This document shows, piece by piece, positions 46,800 through 58,938 of a DNA stretch of 64,000 bases (positions within the stretch are counted from its first letter, which is position 1; each line of letters begins with the position of its first letter). The notes beneath the pieces are model-generated. The model saw only the letters and a program-made list of their open reading frames with translations, made no database searches and was not told where the DNA came from. The position numbers were made by a program, and so were the translations under genes. Source of the DNA: Somniosus microcephalus (lineage: Eukaryota); NCBI GenBank assembly GCA_052327205.1, contig CM126205.1:280984001-281048000 (forward strand), read 5' to 3'.

Positions 46800-48560
46800 T
46801 AAAAGTTTTTATAGATATATGAAGAGAAAAAGATTGGTGAAGTCAAGCGTAGGTCCCTTGCAGTCAGAATCAAGGGAATTTATAATGGGGAACAAAGAAA
46901 TGGCAGACCTATTAAATACATACTTTGGTTCTGTCTTCACAAAGGAGGACACAAATAACCTCCCAGAGGTGTCGGGAACATAGGGTCTAATGAGAGGGAG
47001 GAACTGAAAGAAATCAGTATTTGTAGGGAAATGGTGTTAGGGAAATTGACAGGATTGAAGGCCGATAAATCCCCAGGGCCTGATAATCTACATCCTAGGG
47101 TACTTAAGGAAGTGGCCCTAGAAATAGCAGATGCATTACTGGTCATCTTCCAAAATTCGATAGACTCTGGAACAGTTCCCATGGATTGGAGGGTAGCTAA
47201 TGTTACCCCACTATTCAAAAAAGGTGGTAGAGAGAAAACGGGGAATTATAGACCGGTAAGCTTGACATCGGTAGTGGGGAAAATGCTAGAGTCCATTATA
47301 AAAGATGTAATAGCAGAGCACTTGGAAAACAGTGACAGGATCGGACAAAGTCAACATGGATTTACAAAAGGTAAATCGTGCTTAACTAATCTACTGGAAT
47401 TTTTTGAGGATGTAACTGGTAGAATAGATAAGGGAGAACCAGTGGATGTGGTGTATTTGGACTTTCCAAAGGCTTTCGATAAGGTCCCGCATAAGAGATT
47501 AGCGTGTAAAGTTAAGGCACATGGGATTGGGGGCAAGGTACTGACTTGGATAGAGAATTGGTTGGCAGACATGAAGCAAAGAGTTGGAATAAACGGGTCT
47601 TTTTCTGAGTGGCAGGCAGTGACTAGTGGGTTACCGCAGGGATCGGTCCTAGGACCCCAGCTATTCACAATATATATAAATGATCTAGACGAGGGAACTA
47701 GATGTAATATCTCCAAGTTTGCAGAAGACACAGAGCTGGGTGGGCGTGTGTGCTGTGAGAAGGATGCCGAGAAACTCCAGTATGATTTGGACAGGTTGGG
47801 TGATTGGGCAGAAGCATGGCAGATGCAGTATAATGTGGATAAATGCGAGGTTATCCACTTTGGTGGCAAAAACAGGAAGGCAGATTATCTGAATGGAATA
47901 GATTGGGAGAAGGGGAAGTGCAATGAGACCTGGGTGTCCTTGTGCACCAGTCGCTGAAGGTAAGCATGCAGGTGCAGCAGGCGGTTAAGAAGGCAAATGG
48001 TATGTTGGCCTTCGTAGCGAGAGGGTTCGAGTACAGGATCAACGATGTCTTGCTGCAGTTGTACAGGGCCTTGGTGAGACCACATCTTGAGTATTGTGTG
48101 CAGTTTTGGTCGCCTTATCTGAGGAAGGATGTTCTTGCCATGGAGGGAGTGCAGCGAAGATTCACCAGACTGATACCTGGGATGGCAGGAATGACGTATG
48201 AGGAGAGATTGGGTCGATTGGGCTTATACTCGCTGGAGTTTAGAAGAATGAGAGGGGTCACAGTCTAAGGATAAGGGGTAAGCCATTTAGGAAAGAGATG
48301 AGGAGGAATTACTTCACCCAGAGAGTGGTGAACCTGTGGCATTCTCTACCACAGAAGGCAGTGGAGGCCAATTCATTAAATATTTTCAAGAAGGAGTTAG
48401 ATGTATTTCTTAAGGCTAAAGGGATCAAGGGATATGGGGAGAAGGCATGGACAGGGTACTGAATTTGGATGATCAGCCGTGATCTCATTGAATGGCGGAG
48501 CAGGCTCGAGGGGCCGAATGGCCTACTCCTGCTCCTATCTTCTATGTTTCTATGTTTCTA
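46800..48560 (+). mobile_element. CR1 LINE, 5'-truncated, with an internal deletion near 48257
   Basis: 308-aa and 108-aa ORF2 pieces; (TTCTATGT)n tail ending 48560. Confidence 0.92.
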
Positions 48561-48817
48561 AAACAATGCTGAGCATATTCAGAGAAAATAAGGACTAAAA
48601 AATTATACATTATTTTATTAAGATTTTTTTAACTGAAGGAAGAAGAACTCCAAATCTAGGGCTTCAACAATAGTTTTAACTCATTTTCTAGCCAGTATAA
48701 GATAACCATGTTTACCTAGTTTGGTGTAAATGTAATGTTTGAGTACAGCGGGGAAACAGTTCAACAATAATCACTAGTATAAAATGTTAATATAGTATTG
48801 AAAGTTCTCCTACACAC

Positions 48818-48921
48818 CTGCTGTTGGCTGCATTGTGAATGCATGATGAAGTTGTAGAAAAGTCAACTGGAACTCAAAATCAACTGGACAGCTGCATCGC
48901 AAAGGGATGATGGTGTTCTTG
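48818..48921 (-). CDS. cfap221: Internal coding exon of CFAP221, 104 bp, phase 2 to 1
   Basis: tttacAG|...CAG|GTGTGT; encodes KNTIIPLRCSCPVDFEFQLTFLQLHHAFTMQPTA(G), matching CFAP221 IPLQCSCPVDFEF; splices in frame to 32169. Confidence 0.88.
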
Positions 48922-49271
48922 CTGTAAAGTTTGGAAAAATAATACCATTAACATTTGTGGTAAAATACAGAGCATGTTATACAAGTAAGGCAAGCTAATA
49001 GATCAATCACCATAGTCATCTGATACAAAGATTATTCAGAATTATAAAATAAGTTCAAAATACAAGTAGATTCAGCTAAACTAGCAGTAGCATAGGATCC
49101 TTCAAATTTGCTACACCTATTATTTACAATGTGCTACTTATAAAGATACAAAAACTATTCAATTTGTATTTTAAAAAAAGACAAACTTCACTGGGACGCA
49201 CCTCCGCTCACTGTATTTTGATAGTTATAGAAATACCCTCACCCATCTTATGTAAAAGTTAAGATTCAGCA

Positions 49272-49543
49272 TTCAAGAAGGAGTTAGATATATTTCTTAA
49301 GGCTAAAGGGATCAAGGGATATGGGGGGAAGGCAGGGACAGGGTACTGAATTTGGATGATCAGCCATGATCTCATTGAATGGCAGAGCAGGCTCGAGGGG
49401 CCGAATGGCCTACTCCTGCTCCTATCTTCTATGTTTCTATGTTTCTAAAACAATGCTGAACATATTTAGAGAAAATAAGGACTAAAAAATTATACATTAT
49501 TTTATTAAGATTTTTTTTAACTGAAGGAAGAAGAACACCAAAT
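49272..49543 (+). repeat. Approx. 270-bp direct duplicate of 48385-48655 (CR1 tail plus about 95 bp of unique flank)
   Basis: Direct comparison shows only scattered substitutions. Confidence 0.92.
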
Positions 49544-49744
49544 GCAGGACAAAATATCTGGAAGATAAAGTTGAAAGGGAAGAACAGTTAAGGAAGATCA
49601 AGAGAAAGAAGTAAGAGTTCAAAGGAGGAGTTCCACATCAGGATATTTTCAGAAAACAAATGTTAGTTATTAAGAATTATAATTAAGATTCTTTTGTTTT
49701 TTTCTGTCCACCTTGGTATTACTAAGGGTACTGGTTTAGAGTTA

Positions 49745-52300
49745 GTAGCCTGAAATTTCTGTTTGGATCTGCCCAATTCGCAGGTATAAATTGGCAGACC
49801 CGACCTGAAAACTGGATGAAGTTCTGTGACGTTGGATCTTTGTCTATTTTTTTTTGCCAGTCTCATTTTCACTGTCATTTCCAGCAGCTACATGTAGCGC
49901 CAACCCATTTTGGGCGGTTCCATGCAAATGAAGTGAAAATGATGCCATGCTGTCATGCACCTCACTTCAGTCTTATTAGAGCAGTTTCACTTCCTGACCT
50001 ATTTAAACGGGTGTTGAGGATTGCTTGGTGCTGAGCACAAGATACAAGAGAATCCAAACATTGATTGAATCAGTTTAAAAATTATTTGTGCCTCATTTTT
50101 GCTTCAGCCAATTACTTTACCAGTCGCCTTTGTACCATTTGCTGTGGGGCTGGTGTTTATTCCCTGAACTTTTAGGCCGAGGACAAATTCCTCTGTATTG
50201 TAGCTTTCTTAAAGAGAATGAGGGTCAATTGAGGGATGCCAGGCTGATCAAGCAGCGCTGCAGGTGTATGGCACCCACCTGCCAGTACCACCACAACAGA
50301 ATATATAGACAGAGGCACACATACCTGAATTTGTCAGAGGAACAATTTCTGTGGAGGCTTTGCTTTACCAAGAAAGCCATCATTGAGTTATAAGATATGC
50401 TCAACTCCGTTCAGAAGGCATTCCCTTGACTAGCATGTCTGGCCAATGCATTAGCAGTTCTGTATACAACTTTTCCCTTCCCTCCAAGACTATGCCATCA
50501 TCCACAACTCTGTGCACAACTCACACAGCTTCCATTCATTCCATACCTGCCCAAGAACAATTATCTGCACACAGACAAAATTAGTGCAAATATAATTTTA
50601 ATGTGAAGCCATATTATACGTGTGCCTAGTGTTTGCTTTTATGGTGCTCCTCCTTTGTCAGTGCGTGATGTGTATATTCTTAAACCTAGTCTTGTGCTTT
50701 TCCTAGGTGCCTAATCATTGGCAGCAGTGTGCAAGTGGGTGGCTGCTGAGTTGCAATAGTATCTTCCTGGGACTGAATTTGCCCTCATCTCTGTCAACCA
50801 AATCTAAAAATGGATCTGCTGCAGGTCGTATCTCCTGTGTTGCTGCATGGACAGGCTGGCCCTATGAAAGAAAGACTTGCATTTATATAGTGCCTTTTAC
50901 AACCACCGGACACCTCAAATCGCTTTACAGTCAAGTACTTCTTTTGAAGTGCAGTCACTGTTGTAATGTAGGTAAACGCAGCAGCCAATTTCCACACAAG
51001 GTCCCACAAAGAGCAATGTGATAATGACCAGATAATCTGTTTTTGTTATGTTGGTTGAGGGATAAGTATTGGCTAGGACACCAGGGATAACTCCCCTGCT
51101 CTTCTTCGAAATAGTGCCATGGGATCTTTTACATCCATCTGAGATGGACAGACGGGGCCTCGGTTTAACGTCTCATCTGAAAGATGGCACCTCCAACAGT
51201 GTAGCACTCCCTCAGCACTGCACTGGAGTGTCAGCGTAGCTTAATGTACTCAAGTACCTGGAGTGGGACTTGAACCCACAACCTTCTGACTCAGAGGCGA
51301 GTGTGCTACCAACTGAGCCACAGCTGACACTTTAATACATACTATATTCCTTTTATACCTCCCATGTAGCTTGTGGGAGAGCCCTCATGTGCTGCCATCT
51401 AGAGGAGCTGTATCATCATCCACGTCCATTCCTGCCATGCTACAAGTCCTGTGTACTGGATCAGCAAGGCCACAGATTTGCAGGAAAGTTGACCTAATAG
51501 TACCAGTGAGATCAGTGAAGCCCTACCTCATGGTTGTCTGTAACTTCTCACCAAGCGTGTTGAAGCTAGAAGAGCCATCCCTCTCCAATCTTACACCCCA
51601 TCTCTATGGCAACTGTTGGAGCATCCATGAAAAAAGCAGTCTGCTTTGAGGGCCTCTGGCATGGCAGCCTCTGCTGCAGATGTCCCTGGAGCTGCTACAA
51701 ACTCCGTGGTGGGCTGTATTCTGATGTAGTCCCTAATTCATGCATCAATGCTTGATGCTTTGCCAGTATTGTTCTTTTAAAAGCAGGAATTATGAAATGT
51801 GGATCCCTATGTTATTTAGCAGAGAGGCAATACATACTGGTCAGCAATGTCTTTCTACTCATGTCACCAGCAGTTGCTCCTGCTCTGTGTGTCTGTCACT
51901 GCATTCTTCTCTGGCTTAATCTAATCCCCCAGAATAGATAACTCAAAGATGTTGTGTGCTTTTAGGTGCTGGCAGCACCAGATGCAATAGATCTGTGTCT
52001 TCTTCCTCTGGCACATTTCAAGGAGCAAGAGGATGAGAGGATAGAAAGGCTTCCTGAGCAGTGACATAGGGGAACATTCATGATAAGAGGGGTGTTCATG
52101 ATATGGTTTATTACAAGTTAATTTGGTGTACAATAGGAAGAGAAGTAGAATTTCATCATGAACCTGCAGCTGCCATATGCCCTCCGACTTTCCCATCTCT
52201 GATATCCTCAATGGCCTCCCAGGATTTGGAGTCCTTACTCCTCTTAGGGGGTGAGGTTAGATGTTTGGGGGGCTGCCACCTCCTCCAGTTCTCTTTCAGC
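49745..52300. mobile_element. Old degraded Harbinger remnant
   Basis: TIR-like AGCCTGAAATTT; transposase N-terminal relic RIYRQRHTYLNLSEEQFLWRLCFTKKAIIEL (+, to 50393); right boundary uncertain. Confidence 0.5.
50866..51330 (-). mobile_element. DeuSINE (SacSINE1-like), full length
   Basis: Reverse complement of the 16808-17270 family. Confidence 0.88.
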
Positions 52301-52344
52301 TGTTGTGGACAAAATACCAATGATACAAGGGAACCTAAAAATCA

Positions 52345-52670
52345 TTAGCATGGTGAATAGGGGGGTGCCTATGGATGTTGTCCATATGGACTTCCCAAAG
52401 GCATTTGATAAAGTTCCACACAACAGATTATTAGCAAAAGCACACAGAATTGGAGGTAATCTTGTGACTTGGGTTGGTAATTAGTTGTGAGGTCAGGGTT
52501 AGAGAGCAGCATTAAAGAGAACATTCTCCGATTGGCAGGATGAAACAAGCAGTATAACCCAGAGATCTGCACTGAGGCCTCAGCTTTTCACTATATATAT
52601 CAATGATTTGGATGAAGGAATTGGGTTGTATATCTAAGTTTTCAGGTGACACTAAGAGGCACAGTAAGTT
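52345..52670 (+). mobile_element. Degraded CR1 RT fragment
   Basis: PMDVVHMDFPKAFDKVPHNRLL. Confidence 0.7.
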
Positions 52671-54104
52671 TTTAAGTGTATGTCTTTATTATCTGTAGTA
52701 ATGCTACAATAATATTAAAATCTGTTGAGAATTAACTTTTTTATTGGTGTCATGACTGCGAGAAAAAATGTTGATGTCTGGTCCAAAAATAATAGCATCA
52801 TTACCTAAATGATTAATATAGGATTTGTTGGAATACGCAAGAAATAATCTTTCCAAGAAATTTCTAAAGTTCATTCCAAACCAAACATAAATTATTGTAT
52901 GACAGTAATAGAAAAACCATAACTTGTGCATTAAATTTCTCTATGAGGCTAGTAATCCTATTGAAACAGAATTAGCTGGCATGTAATGCACTTTATGAAG
53001 CGTTTTTAATTAAATTGACTTCAGAGTTATCTTCCTTATTATCTGTGCATTGTTCCACATCTTCTTCCACCACTCTTTTGACAGAAACAAGTAAGATAAT
53101 TTTCCACGGGTTGCTGTATACCGAAGAATTATTAGAAAACTGGATATTTATTTGCTTAGCACCTAAAATTGCATTGTTCACATAAATAAAAGAAAAACTT
53201 GCATTTATATTGCACTTTTTAAAATGTTGTGTCTACACAAGAACTGTCAGGTTCAATATCACTGATCTCTCCAGTAAGCAGATGCTACATCTCTTATGAT
53301 CAGGAGTTTACCTTCACTGCCAACAATCTAGCATGACCCAGGTATATGACCCAGATAACAATTAAAATACCTTGTTATGTGTATTTGATACTATAATCTC
53401 AAATATGCCTCCATGTGCATTTTTCAAATTTTCCAAAAGGCGACTTATTCATGCATTAGTGAAATGAAGCTGAATGTAACAAAACAATTTGTTTTGTTAC
53501 CATTGTTAAGTGAGTGTACAGAATAACATCTAAAGTAATTCTCGCTTCACTTTGACTCCTCATAGCATTAAAAATAACAAAAAAATGCCACACTGTCCCG
53601 GTTAGCGGGCAAAATTAACTTTTCTGACCAAGGTTTCTGCTGTAACTAGTTGGCTGTCTTAAGGAAACCATTAGCCTATCTGTCTCTCTCAGCAGTCCTT
53701 CTAGAACTGTCTTGTAGGCAATGTTTCTGCCCTTTGTTCCTATTGGGACAGGAAATCAGCAGCTTGACGTCTGACCCTCTCCATGGCCAGGGGTTAGCAA
53801 GTAGGACTGTCAATTAAACTGGCTGCTGCCCCTCTAGATGCGGGTCCCAGCCAGACAACCTAATGCTGTGTAAGCATAAATTCAGTCCCTCCCGCCATAT
53901 TCATGTGTGAATGTCAACTGGACTTATTGGCATGTAACAATGACCCTCCTCTATTAACTTTATGGGGCGCTCATTAACATACCTATCTCCTCTTTGTTTC
54001 AATGGCTTCAACCTGCTTTCTTTCGTCAAGATAAAAGAAAGGATACTGTATCCTTGGGATTAACCCTTAAAATCCTGAAACTGCTTTCATATTAAAAACA
54101 TGTT

Positions 54105-54785
54105 GTCCTGGAATTTGTGGTCTTGATTACGGCAAACAGGCAGCGTTCGCCATCATTTCATCTTTGAAATTGACCGCAAATTCAGGATTTAGCGCAGGCG
54201 CAGCCTAATGCAGAAATCCTGAAGTTGCGGTCTGTCATTGAACGCTCCTCCACAGGCTGCGCTATTTCCCCCCCACCCCCTCCCGAGCCGGCAATCAGTG
54301 TAATCTCTCAAATCATGGAAACTGACAAAAACTTCAGCTCTTCCGCGGTAATTATGCTGTTAAATGCCCCATTAAAAATTAGACCCTTTTGGATTAGGTG
54401 TATTGACAGCGTATTGACTGCTAAACAAAGGTTATGGCCCTGAAAAACTAATTTTGATCATCTTTATTTCAGATTTGCTTTGTCCCCATGTGAGAGCCCC
54501 AATCTTTGTTTTACTCTCTAATATTTTTAAAAAGTTAGAATTTTAAGAGCTTACCCACTTCCTGGTACGTTGTCTGTGAAAATCCTGCATTTTAATTGGC
54601 TGCTTAGACAGCTTGTTGACGTCACAGCAGCTCTTTGCTGGGAATCCCCATTAACTTCTGTTGATTTCAATTACACATTGGAAAAGCCATAATAATCGCC
54701 ACAGAGATCGCGAGATCTTTGTGTGAAGCTTACTTCGGGCCAGCGGCGAACACCTTTTCTTCGCTGCTGACTGCAAATTCCAGTC
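54105..54785. mobile_element. Probable Harbinger-type MITE
   Basis: TIRs GTCCTGGAATTTGTGGTC / GACTGCAAATTCCAGTC; flanks GTT/ATT. Confidence 0.5.
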
Positions 54786-54819
54786 ATTATAGCTCAAACC
54801 AAAATTCCTTCTAGGCCAA

Positions 54820-55247
54820 GTAAACAACATGCCCTAACTATGAGAAGCACTTTCCACATTCTCAAAATATCCCAAATATATCACAGCCAAAGAATTACAT
54901 TTGTTTTTGAATTGTAGTTACTGTTGTTTTTATAGGCAAACTTGGCAGCCACTTTTCACATAACAAAGTCCCACAAACACCAATGAGATGAATGACCATT
55001 AATTTGTTTGGTGGTGTTGGTTGGAGAATGAATGTTGTCCAGGACACCAGGATACATGTTCTTCTTCAAAAAATTGCCATGGGACCTTTTACTTCCACTT
55101 GAATAGGCAGTTTAATGTCTCAGCCAAAAGACAGCACCTCCAGCAATGCAGTACTGCACTGAAGCGTCATCCTAGATTATGTGCTCAAAGTCTCTGGAAT
55201 GGGACTTAAACCCACAACCTTCTAATTCAAACTTAAGAGTGCGACCA
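54820..55247 (-). mobile_element. Old degraded DeuSINE
   Basis: Recognisable gggacttaaacccacaaccttct, tgccatgggacctttta, ttggcagcca segments. Confidence 0.65.
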
Positions 55248-55585
55248 GAGTGTGTTGCCAGCATGAAAGTATTTTGACATTCCTCAAGAGATGTTGCTTT
55301 GTAACAGGATTTCTAAATACTCCAAGGTGCTATCTTTTCAAACAACTAATCCTGGCTGGGCTCAGGGGAAGCATTTAATGGAAACAACTTGCTGTCATGT
55401 AGGGAGACTCCCCAAGTCAAGAACCCAAAGGCAGATCTCTGGTACCAAAGAAAGCCTCAGTGTCAGGTCTCCCCTACATAGGCGAGGCAGGGCAGTGACA
55501 GTGGGGACAATACCAGCTCCAATTCTCTTTCATTGTGTTTTTTATCTTTTTGTATTTCACCCCTTTCTTTTCTGTAGGCAATGAC

Positions 55586-55840
55586 TCAAGCAGGTGTACA
55601 ATAACATGGGCGCTGAATGCCCTCTGATCCCTTTCCTAAATGGCCATTCCTCATGTGTGAGCCTAGATAGTGAGTGTCCTCATCAACACATACGTACATA
55701 TACCTTTCGGTAACAATGTGGACAATTATAACACCCCCACTACCATTCCAGCTGAGACCAGTTAACTCAGCGCAAAGTGGGGATCGAAGCTGTATTGATC
55801 CAGTTCCATGTGGAGCAGTGAATTTACACACTCAGACATT
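55586..55840 (-). mobile_element. Possible old SINE of another family
   Basis: Minus strand has a B-box-like ttcgatcccc followed by a repeat-like body; family not identified. Confidence 0.3.
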
Positions 55841-57055
55841 TTGAGGCTCTGGAATAAACTGCTGATTCAGTAGTTTGTATAAGTGAATTAATCAACTAAG
55901 TCATGCTACAATAAACTCCTGGCATCCCATTTTCTCTACTTGATAGCACACATTTGGATTTAGAAATGATAGGTTAGATTTTCATTGATTGCAATGGAAA
56001 TTAAAATCAGGCAGTTTCTGTAATGGGTGGCCAATCCTCAAAGAAAGTTTTACACCTGGGCGCAAAGTTGAAAATCTATGACGGTTTCTCCAGGAGAGGT
56101 GGTTATTAAACAGAACTCAAGAAAAAATCTACGAAAATATCTATTCTCTAAATAAAGAAAATACTCATTTGTCAGATTGTCACTATGCTAAGCTGTAATT
56201 TTAAACAAAGTAATGAATACTTCAGTCCTGCAACACTATTTTTCAGTAAGCAGCACTCATCAAAGCAAAGTTCACATCTGCATTTGGAGTTCCACGAGTA
56301 TAAAACTGATATATTTTCTGCTTTTGTTAAAATGATTGTTAATCAATTCCTGTTCTTCCAAAGTACTTAAAGTGAGATGATCAGGCTAAACTTTGGTGTT
56401 TCCCATTGCGTACAATAATACAGCACATTGAAATTATTATTAACACCTTAAATGTGTCCAGTTGGGAGTCAGTAGAAGTAATGCTCGAGTTACACCTTTC
56501 CAGCATCTCACCAGCAACATAATAGTCTAAACAACGATAGGAGATATTCAGACAGGTGTATTGTATTTAAAACACAAGCAGAAATGTTTAAGCTGCATTT
56601 GCGTATTGGATTTCATAACTAGGCAAAGATGGTTGATGCAGCTGTGGAAAGAAGGATGACTGCTTGACTCACCAGGGGGTCACAACGGCAAAGGCTGGCA
56701 GTCAAAAAGCATAAGAACTCATCAAAAGTGTGAACTCATTGGGCATAACCTTCTGCACAAGGAAGATGGCCAGTAAGAAGCTTAATACATGAATTAGGGC
56801 AAAAATGTAAACTTATATGAATACAATAATGACATCAGCAAGTTTTGTAAGGCTAAATATGTCAAGGTGCTCCGGCAGTAAGTAACAATTGAAACATTCA
56901 GGTCATGGAGGTGATACAGAGAAGAAGCACAAGAATGATTCCCAGAAGTTTGAATTAGGAGGAAGGACTGGAGAAACTGGGGGATATAATTTTGAGGACT
57001 CTCACCCAGCGGAAATGGGATGGTATTACCCCGAAAATGGCTCGAAGAACGTACC

Positions 57056-57675
57056 ATAAGAACATAAGAAATAGGAGTAGGAGTAGGCCATACAGCCCCT
57101 CAAACCTCCTCCACCTTTCCATAAGTCCATGGCTGACCTTCGGCGTCAACTCCACCGTCCCACCCGTTCCCCATATCCCTTGATTCCTCTAAAGTCCAAA
57201 AATCTATCTATCTCAACCTTGAATATACTCAATGACTGAGCCTCCACAGCCCTCTGTGGTAGAGAATTCCAAAAATTTACAACCCTCTGAGTGAAGAATT
57301 TCCTCCTCATCTCAGTCTTAAATGGTCGACCCCCTATCCTGAGACTATGACCCCTACTTCTAGGCCCTCCAACCAGGGAAACAACCTCTCAGCGTCCACC
57401 CTCAAAATTCCCTTCAGAAACTTATATGTTTCAATGAGATCATCTCTCATTCTTCTAAACTCCAGAGAGTATAGGCCAATTCTACTCAATCTCTCATCAT
57501 AGGACAACCCTCTCATCGCAGGAATCAATCTAGTGATCCTTCGTTGCACCACCTCCAAGGCAAATATATCCTTCCTTAGATAAGGAGACCAAAACTATAC
57601 TCCAGGTTTGGTCTCACCAAAGCCCAATACAATTGTAGCAAGACTTCCTTACTCTTGCAATAATAGCCAACATGC
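57056..57675 (-). mobile_element. CR1 LINE 3' part
   Basis: EVVQRRITRLIP...RRMRDDLIETYK; (TTCTTATG)n tail at 57056. Confidence 0.88.
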
Positions 57676-58542
57676 ACTGGTATTAATCTTCCAGAATTCC
57701 CTAGATTCTAGAACAGTCCCCAAGGATTGGAAGGTAGCAAACATAACCCCGCTATTTAAGAAAGGAAGAAGAGAAAAATGGGGAACTATAGGTCAGTTAG
57801 CCTGATTTCAGTAGTAGGCAAAATGCTAGAATCTATTATTAGGGACGTGGTAACAGGGCACTTAGAAAATCATAACATGATTAGGCAGAGTCAACATACT
57901 TTTATGAAAGGGAAATCGTGTTTGACAATCTGTTAAGAGTTTTTTGAAGATGTAACTAGTAGGATGGATAAGGGGGAACCAGTGGATGTAGTGTATATGG
58001 ATTTTCAAAAAGTATTCGATAAGGTGCCACGCAAGAGGTTATTACACAAAATTAGGGCTCATGGTATTGGGGGTAATATATTCGCATGGATTGATGATTG
58101 GTTAATAGACAGAAAACAGAGAGTAGGAATAAACAGGGCTTTTTCAGGTTGGCAGGCTGTAACTAGCGGGGTACCGCAAGGATCAGTGCTTGGGCCTCGG
58201 TTCTGGACATTTTACATGCAGATAGCACCCTCTGGTGGTAGCTATTGTATAGCAGTGATGTTCTGGACTGATGAGCCATTTTATATGCAGATAGCACCCT
58301 CTGGTGGTGGTTATCGTGTTAGCAGTTTGTATGAAGCAGAGGTCATTTGACCTTTCTACCTTTCTTCCTGTGAGAGGTCATTTGACCTCTCTACCTTTCT
58401 TCCTGTGTGACTCAGGAAGCAGAATCCCAGGAAGTAGAATTCCAGGAAGAACCTGACTTGAGTAATGGAGAATCTGCCATGAGGTGTTCCATTCACAATC
58501 CAATGTAATCTGATTTCATATGTTAGGCCAAGCGCAATATCT

Positions 58543-58767
58543 GTGAGTATCTTTGTTTGTTAGCATAATAGCAACGTTGTCAGAGTAGTATTTTGATAAC
58601 ACTATGTTTATAAAAGGTTAATATTTGATAGTTACAGAAGTTAGTCCAAATGTTAGTTAGTTATACAATTAATCTATTCTACTGTTGTAAATATGTTTAT
58701 ATCTTATGTAATATCGAATGTATAGTACTCAGTTTATGTACAAAACATACTTTGTCTTTGTTTACAG
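58543..58767 (+). other. Predicted 225-bp GT-AG intron inside the BEL LTR (second copy 63576-63800)
   Basis: Consensus donor GTGAGT, AT-rich body, pyrimidine tract ctttgtctttgtttacAG. Confidence 0.65.
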
Positions 58768-58887
58768 TTTCACAAATTTGTTCAAGTAAAGCTTCAAAAC
58801 AGCAAACGGCTTCACGAGGAATTACTTTGAATAAGTGTTTAACTTGCTGGATAACTAGATAGGAGCACATCTAGTGCGGCCAGTAAA

Positions 58888-58938
58888 GTGAAAAGATAAA
58901 GTGAAAAGATATCAGTGAAAAGATAAAGTGAAAAGATA
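58888..58938 (+). repeat. Four tandem copies of GTGAAAAGATA at the primer-binding-site position of the BEL element
   Basis: Copies start at 58888, 58901, 58915, 58928. Confidence 0.92.

Noticed and set aside
52805-53162. Candidate minus-strand exons near ORFs 52704-52931 and 52993-53181
   Set aside because: They do not encode the expected preceding CFAP221 segment (LLVPIHAYP-like); probably chance ORFs in AT-rich DNA.
55971-56080. Tiny TIR-bounded element (GGTTAGATTTTCA...TGAAAATCTA)
   Set aside because: Short imperfect inverted repeat, no TSD and no second copy in the window.
58650-58862. Identical 70-aa ORFs in both BEL LTRs (also 62-aa ORFs in the Gypsy LTRs)
   Set aside because: Identity follows from LTR duplication; the BEL ORF begins inside the predicted intron and has no protein features.
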